Positions 1-13,299 of a stretch of DNA of 64,000 bases are shown here, in pieces. Position 1 is the stretch's first letter, and each line of letters starts with the position of its first letter. The notes under the pieces are model-generated. The model was not told the DNA's origin. It saw only the letters and a program-made list of their open reading frames with translations, and searched no databases. The stretch spans positions 29,698,001 through 29,762,000 of the forward strand of contig OX597829.1 in the NCBI GenBank assembly GCA_951406725.2. Direction: 5' to 3'. The translations under genes were made by a program, and so were the position numbers. Origin of the DNA: Octopus vulgaris. Lineage: Eukaryota.

Positions 1-176
1 TTGATATTGGAAGTAAAAATCAGGCATTATCTTGGAGCTATGAGATTTTGATGAGGTAGCTGTTGATTTTTAAAACGATATTGTAGGGCTGGTGCGAGAG
101 ACCAGATCTGGCCAGTTTGAACATAAAACAGGTAGAATACTTTTGGCCTGATACGGCCGGTTTAAATGCTAATGGG
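1..176 (+). mobile_element. piggyBac-like MITE family A (partial)
   Basis: Ends aaatgctaatggg followed by TTAA. Same sequence as the copies at 5936, 14494 and 16861. Confidence 0.7.
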
Positions 177-458
177 TTAAACATTATACAACATTTATAC
201 AATGTATTTCTGGATCATGGATCTAAGGGAGATAATTTGCTTATTTGTCTCAAAACATTCTACAACAGAAATACATGTAGCAGATATAACAGTGAAATTA
301 TAAATGTTATAATAATTAGACACATCTTGACATTTCTCTAGAACTGAAAGGGAAAATGCAAAAAATTAAATTAATATTCACAATTCATAAGTAAAAACCT
401 ATCTGCAAACTGTGGTCTATCTGTACCAATCTCTCTGTTCTTGAAGTTAGCAAATTAA

Positions 459-678
459 CCCTTTTGTTACTGTATTTATTTTGAGATGCTCTGTGTTTCT
501 TTCAATTATTTTAAACATAACAAAGAATTTAGTAAAATAACTCAGTTATCATTAAGTTAGTGTTAGGAACTTAAATTGTGACTAAGGCTTGGTGGAAGAT
601 TTTAATTCAAAGCTTATGAAAACAAAACATTTGACCACTGAGCCAGAGCCGGTTTTGGCCGGGTTAGTAACAAAAGGG
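459..678. mobile_element. piggyBac-like MITE family B
   Basis: TIRs CCCTTTTGTTACT / AGTAACAAAAGGG flanked by TTAA target duplications (455-458, 679-682). Confidence 0.85.
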
Positions 679-797
679 TTAATCACTTGTTGTCTACAGA
701 ATATTGTGGATATAGTTAGAAAAACCAGCTATCCTAATTCTTAATTCTGAGTCAAACATTTATTTTGATTTATTGTTGTTGTTGTTGTATTCTTCAG

Positions 798-895
798 GTG
801 GTATGCAGCGAAGTATTGTTGGAGTTGCAGGTGATAGTGCTGGTGGAAACATTGCTGCAGCTGTTTGTCATGAAGTCCCAGGAATAGCTTTTCAG
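798..895 (+). CDS. HSL-family (abhydrolase_3) carboxylesterase/lipase, internal exon with the catalytic Ser motif
   Basis: ttcag acceptor (AG 796-797) and GTAAAC donor (896). Encodes GGMQRSIVGVAGDSAGGNIAAAVCHEVPGIAFQ, containing the GDSAGG nucleophile elbow. Upstream exons (HGGG motif) lie outside the window. Confidence 0.93.
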
Positions 896-957
896 GTAAA
901 CAATCATAATTGCAACTTGGCCTTTCTTTTCTCCACCTCCATCCATTATTCTGATTA

Positions 958-1762
958 CAGTGATCCCTCGCTACTTCGCGGTTCAACTATTGCGGATTCA
1001 TGACTTCGTGGATTTTTAACAAGGGACGTCCAGTGATTCACAACCTAAAAAACGTCCTTCTTCTGCTAGCAAAGGGTGGTTTGTTAAGTTTCAGAAACGC
1101 TTCGGCCTAAAAAGTGTTTCGCTGCATGGCGAGGCTGCTTTTGCTGACACGAGCGCTGCTGAAACATACATGAATGAAACTTTCAAGAAGATTGTCTCCG
1201 AAGGTGGATATAAACCCGAACAAGTTTTTGATATGGACGAGACTGGCTTGTTTTGGAAAAGTATGTCGTCGTGAACTTTCCTGTTCAAAGAGGAAGCAAA
1301 AGCCTCTGGCTTCGAAGCATACAAGGATTGTGTGACCCTCGTGATGTGTGGCAATGCTGCGGGATTTTTGTTAAAGCCAGGACTTATTTACAAGTCCTGC
1401 TGCTACTACTACGGTTGCACCTTCGGAAGAAGTGGAAGAGGTGTCCCAGGAAAGGGCACCGCCGTCAGCTTCATCATCATCATTTCTACTGCACAGCAAA
1501 TTCATCACCATCATCATCCAAATTTTACTTCAACAATCTTGATTTAAAAATTTCTTTTTAATCTAAAGTGTTATTGCTTAACAGTTGTCCTTGTTATTAA
1601 TAGACTACTGTAATGGGTGGGTTGTTAACAGTACAGGGAGGGTTTTAAAAGTCCAAATACACATTAAATAAATATTGTAAATATGGTGTCCCTACTTCGC
1701 GAAAATTCGGTTATCACGGCTGGTCTTCGAACCAATTTACTGCGATAAACGAGGGATCACTG
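958..1762 (+). mobile_element. Internally deleted Tigger/pogo DNA transposon
   Basis: TIRs CAGTGATCCCTCG / CGAGGGATCACTG with TA TSDs. Remnant transposase SKGWFVKFQKRFGL...QVFDMDETGLFWK...TLVMCGNAAG (TIGD-like DDE). Confidence 0.9.
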
Positions 1763-2084
1763 TATCCAGTTGTAGTCAAGTGGATTTGTCATTTTATATA
1801 TTGTTTTCATCATCACTGCCCTCACTGTTGTCACTGTCATCATCTTTTAATGTTTACTTTTCCATATATGAGTCAAATGAAATCTGTTAAGACAGATTTT
1901 CTATTGCTGGATGCCTTTCCTATTACCAAACCTCATCTCTTTGCAGGCAAGTTAATATTTCCCCACGATCAGATATGTTTTGCACAGAAAACTGGATACA
2001 AATATATTATTAAGATGGTGATGATGATGATGATTGTTTACAACCATCAAGTGATATCAGGACAAACACACACAGCCAAACACC

Positions 2085-2776
2085 ATTTGAGCATAGCCGT
2101 TGCCAGTACCGCCTGACTGTGGCACGTAAAAGCACCCACTACACTCTGAGTGGTTGGTGTTAGGAGGGGCAGCCATCTGTTTCGCCAGTCCTCAGTCACA
2201 TCGTCCAACCCATGCCAGCATGGAAAGCAGACGTTAAACGATGATGATATATATATATATGACAGTCTAAATGATTTCAGAAGAAAACTGGGTATAAGAG
2301 GCATCAGATGTTGTGTGCAAGAGAGACAACTGCACTGGTTTGGTCATGTAATGTGTATGACTGAAGACAGCTGCAGAAGGAAGTGCCGAGTTTTACATGT
2401 GGAGGGCACCTGTGGAAGGGGTGGATCCAGGAAGATGTGGGACAAAGTGGTGAGAAAGGATCTTTGGACGCTGGGCCTCACTGAGAAAATGACAAGGGAC
2501 CAGGAAATGTGGCAATTCTCTGAACTTGATAAGACACATTGAGCTAAGTAAAATCGCTGTCTTCTACATATAGAGGCTTGGCCTTTCGGGTGCTGGTGCC
2601 ACTTAAAAAGCACTTGTGCTGGTGGTATGCAAAAAGCACTAAGTACACTCTGTTAAGTGGTTGGCATTAGGAAGGGCATCTAGCCATAGATACAATGCCA
2701 CAATTGTAGTCTGGATAGTTCCATGTCAAACTGTCCAACCCATGCTGGCATGAAAAGCAGACATTAAACAATGATG

Positions 2777-2780
<4 letters not shown>
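2085..2780. mobile_element. RTE-clade LINE 3' end plus isolated 3' UTR tail fragments
   Basis: RRKLGIRGIRCCVQERQLHWFGHV...GRGGSRKMW (RTE C-terminus), followed by the recurrent 3' UTR ending ccatgcyagcatggaaagcagacrttaaaygatgatgat. Confidence 0.85.
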
Positions 2781-2807
<27 letters not shown>

Positions 2808-3089
2808 CTCAAGTTCTAACAGCAGGTTATTAATATCACTTGACTTTAGTGAAATCTTATATATTCACTACAAGAGAATTCATATCCTAAAACTACAGTA
2901 CTGGGGCCATGTAAAAAGCATCCTGTACATTTTGTAAAATAGATTGCATTAGGAAGGCCACTCAACTGTAGAAACCAAGTTAAAACAGATTATGGAACCT
3001 GGTGCAGCCCCTGACCTTGCCAGCTCCTGTCAGACTAGCCAGTCAGCCCATGCCAGAATTGGAAATAGATGTTAAATGATGATGGTGAT

Positions 3090-4850
3090 ATATGAAAGGA
3101 TTTATACCTAAGGACTGGTGTAGCTGCATCATAGGCAACTACTACAAAGATACAGAAGTAATTAAAGAGCTATTAGATTAGTGGGCCAGGTCATAAAAGT
3201 TATAGCTCAATGAATAAAGAGTTGGCCTAGATGAGATGCAATTAGACTTCATGCCAGGGAGAAGCATTGCTGATTTTAACTGCCTAATAAGGCAACTATA
3301 GGAGAAGCATTTAACCAAAAATAAACTGCTGTACATGGCATTTGTTGTCATGGTGGGACCTTTGACAGGATCCCTTACTTTCTCATCTGGTGGTCACTAT
3401 AGAAGCCAGAGATGGCTGGTGAGAACCATTCAAGCCATTTACAGGAATATTATCTGTAAAATAAGTCAGCAATGAATTAAGTGTTCAGGTAGGAGCTCAC
3501 CAAGGCTTGGTTCTCAACACCCGCTTGTTTATCGTAATTCTCCAGGCGATAACAGAGGACTTTAATAACTTGTTCTTATTATTACAACTGAATCTATAAT
3601 AGGATTAGAGGAAAAATTTCAGGTATGGAACAAAGGACTGGAATCAAAGGGCCTTACAGTTAATTTAGCAAGGACCAAAGTATTATTAAGCAGGAAAGCA
3701 GACAAATTACTAATCCCTTCAGGGAAATGGCCCTGTTTGATATGTAGAAAAATTGTAAGTAGAAATTCCAGATGGTGTATCCGGTGCAAGCTATGGACAC
3801 ATAAGAGGTGTGGTGGAATCACAGGAAGGTTAACAAAGAGAATGGGCTTTGTATGTGGTATATATGCAGGAGCAATAAATACAAAGAACACACATGAAAT
3901 AAGTTTGTTCAAATGCCCAGGAAGATATTTAGAGGAAGTAGATAGTTTCTCTTATCTAAGTGTTTTAATTAGCAGTAGAAGAGGATGTTAAAATAAGAAC
4001 TGGTAACAAAAGGCTTCCCCAACAGAGTAAAAGTAGATTGTATGATGCTTGTGTATGAACAGCTATGCTACAGTGTAGTGAAATGTGGGCTGTAAATGAA
4101 GAGGACATGTGAAGGCTTGAAAGAAATGAAGCCAATATGCTCTGCTGGATGTGCAATGGCAGTGTGCATATATGACAAAGTGTAAATGTTTTGAGAGAAA
4201 AAGTGGGTGTAAGAGGCATTAAATATTATGTACAAGAGTGAAGACAGTGCTAGTATAGTCATGTGATGGTGCGTGTGGGTGAAGACAGTTGCATCAAGAA
4301 GTACCAATCTCTAAATGTGGAAGGAACAAAGCCACCACCCTCAATATTACTTGCCTTCTCAGGTGAGATTTTTATTCTGTAAGTTATGTGGTGACCTTAC
4401 CAGTGCTAGTGCCTCATAAAAAGCACCCAGTCCATCCTGTAAAGTGGTTGGCATTAGGGAGAACATCCAGCTTTAAAAACCATGCCAATGTAGACCTCGC
4501 TGATGCTGGTACCACATAAAAAGCACCCAATCTACTCTGTATAGCAGTTGGCATTAGGAAGGGCATCCAGCTGTAAAAAAAAAACATGCTAAAACAGTCC
4601 TCAGGCTTACCAGTTCCTGTCAAACATACCCATTGCTAGTGGGGTGCACAAGACATTACTGCTCCCTAACTATTCAATGGTCACCCTCAGATTTACACTT
4701 ATTTTGAAACTCCACTTTAGTTTTATTGCAAATTAGTGCCCAACCAGAATATTCTGAAACATCCCTGCAAGCATCAAAGTCTGACCACAGGCCTTCTATC
4801 AAACCATCCAACCCATGCTAGCATGAAAGATGGACATTAAAATGATGATG
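3090..4850 (+). mobile_element. Decayed RTE-clade LINE (RT region with a PHD-like Cys/His insert, then 3' UTR)
   Basis: Remnants GAHQG, GLTVNLARTKV, WPCLICRK..WCIRCKLWTHKRC..FVCG, LEEVDSFSYL. Many frameshifts; (gat)n tail. Confidence 0.8.
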
Positions 4851-5546
4851 ATATATGTAAGGCTGGCTTCTTTCTGTTCCTGTCTACCAAATCAATTCAC
4901 AAGGCTTTGGTTAACCCTGGGCTATAGTTGAAGACACCTGCCCAAGGTGCTAAGCAGTGGGACTGAATCTGCAATTACATGGTTAGGAAGCAAATTTCTT
5001 GAACACAAGCCATACATGTACCTGTATTGGACATTCTTATTTTGCTCTGCTTTGGATCAGTTCTGATTGAGCAAATTTATGATAAGGTCCATTCTAGACA
5101 TGGACATACCATCTTTATCTAAGAATAACAATATTCTTTCCTTACGATGATAGGGATGCAGTATGAAGGGGGTTTTTGGCTATTTTTTCTAGCACATCAA
5201 GTGACCACTTGGAGGCCCTCCATCCTTATTGGCTTCATAGAGTGAGATGTATTTAAGCGCCTGAGTGTTGATGAGATATTGTGATGTTGGTTTGATGTCC
5301 ATCTTCCATGATGTCATGGATTAGTCAGTTTGATGAGTTCTGATGAGCCAGTGGATAAATGTGGACATAAAATCAAATTTAGTCAAGAAGATATTTGACA
5401 TTGTATCAGATCAGACTTTTAAAATCAACTTAAAATGGCATATAAGCAATCAACTGCTGAAATATTTTAGGATGTTCTGTATTATAAATATTTATATATC
5501 ATCTTGCATCATTTGTATTATTTTTTTTTCTTTTCTGCACAAACAG

Positions 5547-5641
5547 GTGTTAATATATCCATTGATAGATTTGACTTGCAAAAATGAATCGCACAAAACA
5601 TTTGCAAATGGACCTGTTATAAGTCAAAAAGATATGAAGTT
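5547..5641 (+). CDS. HSL-family esterase, internal exon
   Basis: Polypyrimidine tract + acag acceptor and GTGAGT donor. Encodes VLIYPLIDLTCKNESHKTFANGPVISQKDMK. Phase 0 start matches the previous exon and gives the typical QVLIYP motif. Confidence 0.92.
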
Positions 5642-5935
5642 GTGAGTAGTTTTTGGTGATGTTTCTTTTTTCCTTCACTTGAGTTTGCTATCATTTTAAT
5701 GATTGTGGTATGCTTGCTTAGTCCAAAACCATGTACTAAATATACTAAATCCAGTGTTGTTTTATCTGAAAATATAAATCTTCGTAAATCAACTTATGGT
5801 CACCTAAGATATCAAGAATTATGTGTGTAAATTATAACGATATTCATAGTTTTTCTATTAAACATCAAATGTGAAACTAAAAGAAGCTAATTCTGCAATT
5901 CTGTCTTTCATGACAATCAGAAAATATTGGTTTAA

Positions 5936-6146
5936 CCCTTTAACATTTAAACCAGCCATAGCCAGCCCAAATATTCTGTTTAATGTTCAAACTGGCCAGA
6001 TCTGGTCTCTCACACCTATCTACAATGTCATTTTAAAAATAAACAATCCCATCATCAAAATTTCAAAGCTATGAGATAAAGCATTATTTAAAACCTTGTG
6101 AATAATTTAGTATTACATTTGAGAGAGTAATCTGAAAGCTAAAGGA
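5936..6146 (-). mobile_element. piggyBac-like MITE family A
   Basis: Reverse complement of the 16861-17080 copy, with TTAA on both sides. Confidence 0.75.
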
Positions 6147-6213
6147 TTAAATCCATTTATAACACATTTTGATAATGATATCCTTAATAAATGTTGTGTA
6201 ATATTGATTTTGT

Positions 6214-6550
6214 GAAGGTGCATGGCTCAGTGGTTAGAGTGTCGAGCTTACGATCATGAGGTTGTGAGCTTGAATCCCGGACTGGGCTGCATGTTGTGTT
6301 CTTGAGCAAGACACTTTATTTCACATTGCTCCAGTTCACTCAGCTGTAGAAATGAGTTGCGACGTCACAGGTGCCAAGCTGTATCGGCCTTTGCCTTTCC
6401 CTTGGATAACATGAGTGGCATGGAGAGGGGAGGCCGGTATGCATGGGCAACTGCTGGTCTTCCATAAACAACCTTGCCTGGACTTGTGCCTGGGAGGGTA
6501 ACTTTCTAGGTGCAATCCCATAGTCAGTGTTGTGACCGAAGGGGGGTCTC
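6214..6550 (+). mobile_element. tRNA-derived SINE family 1
   Basis: A box TGGCTCAGTGGTTAGAG, B-box-like TTGAATCCC, core ttgagcaagacactttattt. Other copies at 28207-28402 and 31462-31785. Confidence 0.85.
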
Positions 6551-7479
6551 AGAATATTGATTTTACAACAATTATTTTTCTTGGTTACAATAATTTATTT
6601 TTCTTCGTTGTTGCATCCTCTTTTCTCTATGAAGCATTAATTATAAAGCTAAACAAGCTAGCTATGTATTTCACGACAATCAAATTTTATATTAAAATCC
6701 TTCATAAGTAATGTGGAATATTGGTTTCACAGTGGTTATTTTTGTTGGCACAAATGTGCACCCATTTAAAAATATTTTTAGATTATAACCCTAATCCTAT
6801 CTTGTTGATTATTGATTCAATACATACAATTTCTGATTTCACAAAGGAAATTCAGCCTTTGTTAGGTCATATAAATCCGATGGATTATCAGAAATTTGAT
6901 TATAACATTGTAGGAAATGTTAGATTTTAGCTGTGTGTCATCTTATGAATTTTGCTGATGTAGTGTTGTGATTTTTATTGTTTGACAATAATGAATGAGG
7001 GTTTATTTGTATTAGGTGTATAGTGGTTGTAGTTGCTGCCAACTGCTTGACTAGATAACTTGTAACCAAATTGTAGGTTGTTTTTTATTCATATAGAACA
7101 GTAGTAATCAGAGTTAGTACTACATTTTTGTTCCTAATTCTCCCTTTGGTTGGAACATTATTTCTGTACATCAAACTTTCATCATTCAAAGATGGTCATA
7201 AAAGTTAGACTATTCTGTCTTCTCTGACATAGACATTCATTGCTATTTTATCTCATGAGGTCATATCTTTTTTTAAGGGTAAATTTAATTCTTTCATGAC
7301 CATATTTCTTTTGAAATATACTGCCTTGATGTCAATTAATCTTGAAAGTAATGAAAAATTTAGTAAAATAACTTTCATTGTTAAACTAATTTTTCTCCAC
7401 TCTCAGTTTAAAGTATGTGTATTAGAAAATACCTTTAGGGAAAGAAGGTGGATTTGCGCTATTGATACAACCAATGATC

Positions 7480-9999
7480 TCTACTTGGTTAACAGATTTC
7501 AAATGGACCTTAAGAATTTGAGTGTCATATTTCAAAACTGCATAGACATTCTACTAAAATGGATCAAAAGAGTCAGGGTATATCAAAATAATATCCTCAT
7601 CTATGCTAGTTGTGAAGCAAAATTGATGAGCAGAGAAAATATGGTAGTTGCAAGGCTAACCAAGGCACAGTTCTCCATTAACAAAGAAAAGTCATTTTCC
7701 AAAAGAAATTTGAATTTCCTGAGAATAAACATATCTGAAGAGGGTATTTCTCCATCTCAGGAATTGGTAGCAAAACTAAAGGACACACAAGTACCAGAAT
7801 CAAAGAAAAATTATGACAAAATATTGGGTCTGATAAATTACTACTGAAGATTTGTCCTGGCGTATGCTGTAGAAGTAGAACTTCTCTTAGCTAAATTTAA
7901 ATAATCTAGGCAGGGTAAAGAGCAAGATAAGGCCTTCCATAAGCTTATCACTCATCTTTTGGAGGCTCCAGTTTTGCAACCATACTCAATGGAAAAGATG
8001 AGCACTCTCACTGTAGATGCGTTCTTGATTGTAGTAGCTGGGGGTGTTATCCCAGGAAGGACACCCAGTAGCATCCATAAGACACACCTTTGGCCAAGCA
8101 CAACGAAATTGGTCAAACATAGAGAGGCTTATTCAGTGGTATGGTGCATAGACTGCAGCATTTCCTTCTAGGAAAGCAATTTTATTTGAAAATGGATCAC
8201 CAGCCTTTCAAAACCCTGTTCGCAATGGATTTAGATGTATCTTAATATGCTTTGTAAAAAATAGCCAAATGGAGTTTGATTCTATCACAGTACGGTTTTA
8301 TTGTTAAGCATGTTCCAGGTAAAAATATTCCACTCATCAATGCTCTCTCTCTCTCATTTGAGGTATAATGAGACTGATGGTGATATTTTTTTTTTGCTTC
8401 ACATTTAGACAAATGTGACAGTGTATGGCAGGACATTGATCCTGTAATGAAGGAAGGCATCCAAAAACAACTAGCTGCAAATGCATTATATAACAAAATA
8501 AAGGAAAGAATTTTACTGCAAAATTGGAGATTGGTCTTGAATCTGGAACGTGCATTTGCTAAAGAGAAAGATTTTCTAACATGTGAAAATGGCTTAAATA
8601 AATCATAAAAATAGTCTGTTTATTCCAGCCCCTTATAGAGCCACAGTATTAGCTAAAATTCACAACACACTCATGGGCATTCAACAAACAAACAAGGAAT
8701 GACTCAGTGTTTGGAGACCTGGTTTGGCTTACTTGGTGGAGAGTTTTGTCAAATCTTGTGATAGTTGCCAGAGAGTAAGGCCAAATTTAGTAAAGGCAAA
8801 TGATCCATGGCCTATTTCTGGACCCTGGGAATGTGTGCATATGGATTGGGCATATGTTCCAAACATCAGTAATATACTTGTAATTGTAGATACCTACTCA
8901 ACATGGATTGAGGCATTCTTGTGTCCTGATTGCTCGACTGGTGGTAAAAAGCAAGCTGCTTGAGGTCTCTGTTCGTTTTGGTGTACCCACAGCTTTAGTA
9001 TCAGACAACAGGCCTATATTTGTTGTGTTAAAGAATATGTTGTCATTAATGGGTTGCAGAAAAATTGAGATACCTATTTACAGTCCAGCATCTAATGGCA
9101 CCACTGAAAGGGCTGTACAAACTCTGAAAGCTGCACTGAATCATTTTGATCTAAAGATAGGGAATTTCAGCAACTATTTGAACAAAATTCTGTTTAACCA
9201 TCAGAGTGCCTTGGGTGGTTGTAAATTATCGCTGGCCGAAAAGTTAATGGAAAAAAAACCATTGCGGGTTGCTGTAAACCCATTCTTTGAAATAGGTGAG
9301 GATGTAATACACAAAACCATGTTTGACAAGATTGCATCCAAGACAAAATGTGTGATACGTGCCGGAAAGAATACTGCATGGATTAAGAAGTAGGGTTGCC
9401 TGCTGCTGTTAGTGGCAGTTGAGTGACTGGCCCCGCTGAACGCATGGGAACCAGAATTGAACACAATGATTCGTGCTGGGTCTGCAAGGATGCCTAACAG
9501 TGACGGTGTGACCATATTAAGTCCCCAGGCTAGAGTTATAGAAGCAGTGGAGTAGTCTATTATTGACAATGCTAGCCATCAAAGATTAAACACAAAAATT
9601 TCATCAAGTTTCTAACTGAGGTGAAATGCAAGAATTGCGGCAGGATGTAAAAAGCCGAAACGTTTTGAGGAGGGAAAATGTGATAGCTGTGTTGCTGATT
9701 TTGTATCTTGATATATGTCTAGAACTCTCAAAGGAAGTCTTGTGCAACCACATAGAAATCATGAGATGAGAGATGAATGAGCTGATAGCCATAAAAGGGG
9801 TGATGCCACTATGCACGGGGGGAGGAACTGTACATCGTGGCACTTGGAAGTGAGCTGTGTAGCTTGCCGTTACGAACATTCAACATATTTTCTTAAGTGT
9901 GAAACACAACACTTAGTAATCTTTATCTCTCGCTTGCTTTCTCCCTCTTCCCTCTCTCTTTCAGCTAAATTTTTATTGCTTTTTATTACAAATATAACA
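7480..9999 (+). mobile_element. Decayed Ty3/Gypsy LTR retrotransposon (RT-RNaseH-integrase, PPT, 3' LTR)
   Basis: RT remnant VYQNNILI (YxDD-like), LGLINYY, RNaseH TVDA, integrase CDSCQ / WECVHMDWA / SDN / SPASNGTTERAVQTLK. Polypurine tract gaggagggaaaa at 9667-9678, then a TG...CA LTR-like segment at about 9679-9999. Confidence 0.88.
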
Positions 10000-11774
10000 C
10001 ATCTGTATATGATACATATATTAATATAAAACTACATTAAAATACAAATCCAAAACCAAAGAAAACCTAAAGAATAAAAAGAGAAACAACAGCTTCCAAT
10101 GTTGGTGCTGATTCAAGCTTCCTCGTTGTAAAATGAGTGAAAAAGAAATCTTGACCCTAGACCAGTGGGTTCTGTTACTCCCGTCTAGAGGATGTTGAGA
10201 TTGCTTACTAATTGAAGAAATTTTAATTAAAAAATGAAACAAGTTTATTTTTACAACTGTTTAAAATTTCTTCTGTCGTTATTCTTCTAAATTTTCATCT
10301 AAACCAGTTTAGCTGAAGTTAAATAACTGAATCTCCAGAAAGATATTTCACACCTTGTTATTCTTTTAATTCATCATGCCACCAGTTTTTATTAGTTAAA
10401 ATTCTATATATCTCTGTAATCTTAGATGTTTTCATTCTATGCTTCTGATGAAGGTACACCCTGAAATACCTTTTTCACCATCCTATCTCCCTCCCACCAA
10501 TTAGGGTAGCCATGTATCTCCTCTATTGCAAGACATCTGTTTTTGTCCCTCTATCATAATGTAACTTATCATCACCTGGCACAAAGCCACCTCCCTCAAT
10601 ACTGTTCCCCACTCAGTTCAGCAGAGTCTTGTGTTGTTATTTACTTGGTAACCCTGCCCATGTTAGTGCCTCATAAAAAGTGCCCAGTCCACTCTGTAAA
10701 ATTATCGGTGTTAGGAAGGGCATCCATTCATTCGTACCAATTTTTGGTATGAGCTGATACCAAACGAGTTGGACAGAAATGGTAATTGAGGAGGACGAGG
10801 TGGTAATAACAATGATCAGTAGAAAAATTCTAAGATAATAATCTCTTGGAAGTTGCCATACAAAAACCTTGGGGGGAAAAAAGCAAAGAAAGCATATACT
10901 TAAAATTTTAGTGGAAGGGAGACAACTACACATATCGTGCATTCATACGAATATGCTCATACATTTCACTCTTATTATAACTTCTGGAATTAACTAAATT
11001 TTAGGGTTAAAATGACTGAGAAATACTTCGATAGTTTTATTTTATTATTCACTATGTTAATAAACAGTTGAGCGAACTATTTGTGTGTGTGTGTGTGTGT
11101 GTAGAAATTCTGTCTCTTAGATACAGTGACACATATTTTTATTGAAAATAAGGTTATAATGACCCATTTCTTTTTTGTGAAAAATGTACCAACTAATTGC
11201 CTACTTTGGTTTCATGCATTTCATTCTGCATCCCTTTTTACCAATATAAAATGTATTTGGGGTAACCTTTGTTTTCGCTTTATCCTTCAAGAACCCCCTC
11301 CCCCCAATAACTTGTGAATTCATTAACCAAAAAAAGAATCACTGAAAAAATGCTATCGACTATTTATTTTTTTTTCCCTTTTAAATGTTAAATTTTTAAA
11401 TATTAAAAAAAATATCTTTTTCAAATACTTGTAATATAGCAATATAGGAATTGTGTTGTCATTTTCAGTTAAATAATTGATTTATAATATTATATTTAAT
11501 TACTATGATGATTATTTAAATGAAATGACAGTTTTTACCGTTACATTCTTTTACTGCCAAAATTGTAATTTTTTTTCTTTAACTTTATTTCTTGTTATTG
11601 GGTGGGTGGGGGTGGGGGCTGTGTGGTAAGAAGTTTCTTTCATAGCCATATCGTTCCGAGTTCAGTCCCACTGTGTGATGCCTTGAACAAATGTCTTCTA
11701 CTATAGCCAAGGGTTGACCAAAGCCTCATGAGTGGATTTGGTAGATGAAAACTGAAAGAAGCCCATTGTGGGTG

Positions 11775-11820
<46 letters not shown>

Positions 11821-11908
11821 TATATATACATACATACATACATACATACATGGTCCTGCCCATGCTAGCATGGAGAGTGGACATTAAATGATGATAATGA
11901 TGTATGTA

Positions 11909-12665
11909 CAGGGGTTGGACAAAATAATGGAAACGCCTTAAAATTTCAAACAAATTTATTTTACTATGGGGTAGGACCACCTTTCGCTGTAATTACAGCT
12001 TGAATTATATGAGGTATGGATTCATACAAAGTTTGAATTGTTTCCATAGGAATTTTTGTCCATTCTTCAGCTAAAAACATTCTCCAGTTCTTACAGTGAT
12101 GATGGTGGAGGATATTGACTCCTTACTTGTTTTTCTAAACTGCACCATAAATGTTCAATAATATTGACATCTGGGGACTGTAGTGACCAGATAAGATGTT
12201 TGACTTCACTAGAATGTTCCTCGTGCCATTCAGTAACAACTTTTACTATGTGAATTGGTGCATTATCATCCTGAAAAATTGTGTTTCTCTCTGGAAACAA
12301 TTCCGCAATCATAGGATAAATTTGATCAGATAAAAAGCTTAAATAGTCTTGACTATTAAGTCCCTATCTGAAAGTTTGGGTTTTCTTCCGGAGTTTTGTT
12401 TTGACAAGGAGGTTTTTACCTCTTTCTCAAAGGCTGTCATTACTTTCGAGACAGTACTTCTTGATACACCAAGCATTTTGGCTGCTTTCGTTACACTAGC
12501 GCCTGCCTTACGAGCACCAACAATTTGACCTCTTTGAAAGTCCGATAGATCTATCATTTTAATGAATTTTAATTACCTTTTTCTAGTGATATCTGAAAAG
12601 AAACAGCAACTTTAGCAAAACATATTAAGCAACAGTAATAATAAATCAAAGAACAAAAACAAACA
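11909..12665 (-). mobile_element. Tc1-like transposon remnant with internal deletion
   Basis: TA + TIR CAGGGGTTGGACAAAATAATGGAAAC. Paired-like HTH DLSDFQRGQIVGAR...GVSRSTVSKV and DD34E part FQDDNAPIH...SPDVNIIEHLW. Second TIR not seen. Confidence 0.88.
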
Positions 12666-13059
12666 AGTGACGGGCATTTACTCTTGGCGTCCAAGTGATG
12701 GATGTTAACAGTAAGTGTCCTTGGGGAGAAACCTTGCCATATCAGATTGGAGCCTGGTGCAACCTACTTGCTTGCCAGTCTTCAGTCAAACTGTCCAACC
12801 CATGCCAGCATGGAAGGCAGACGTTAAGCATCAATGGTGGTGTGTGTGTATATGTATTCAAATATCAGTTAAAAGCAGTTGGAGGATATAAACAATATTG
12901 AACACACATATACAAGGTATGTGGTTTGCCAGTTTGTGGGTAGAGTGTGCTTATATGTGTAAGAGAATATATTCTCTTACATCTATAAGCATGACCTATT
13001 CATGAGCTAGCAAAACACATACTGTGTGCATGTATATTCAATACTGTGTGTGTGTGTGT

Positions 13060-13235
13060 CATAGATCGCTAGCCACTACATATTCTTTATTTTCTCTCGT
13101 TTCTTTCTGTGTTCCTTTCTGTGGAAGAGCATAGGCTCGAAACATTAGACTTTTTCACTTCCCGGGTGTTATACTAATACATCTGATCTGTTGTCTACAC
13201 CACCTGTCTTCGTCTTTTGTTTTTTTGTGAATTCT

Positions 13236-13240
<5 letters not shown>
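13060..13240 (+). mobile_element. About 200-bp short element with a hammerhead-like motif next to (TA)n (Penelope pLTR/retrozyme-like)
   Basis: ttt CTGTGGA A GAGC atag GCTC GAAAC ATTA. Related copies at 38412-38612, 39352-39557, 49680-49860 and 59770-59950. Confidence 0.55.
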
Positions 13241-13283
<43 letters not shown>

Positions 13284-13299
13284 TTACAAACTTTTGCAG

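Noticed and set aside
7296-9393. Domesticated or active Gypsy pol gene
   Set aside because: Numerous stops and frameshifts, a degenerate YxDD motif, and no gag or 5' LTR.
10444-10470. CTGATGA-AGG-tacac-CCT-GAAA
   Set aside because: No stem III/NUH or stem I partner; at most a decayed relic.
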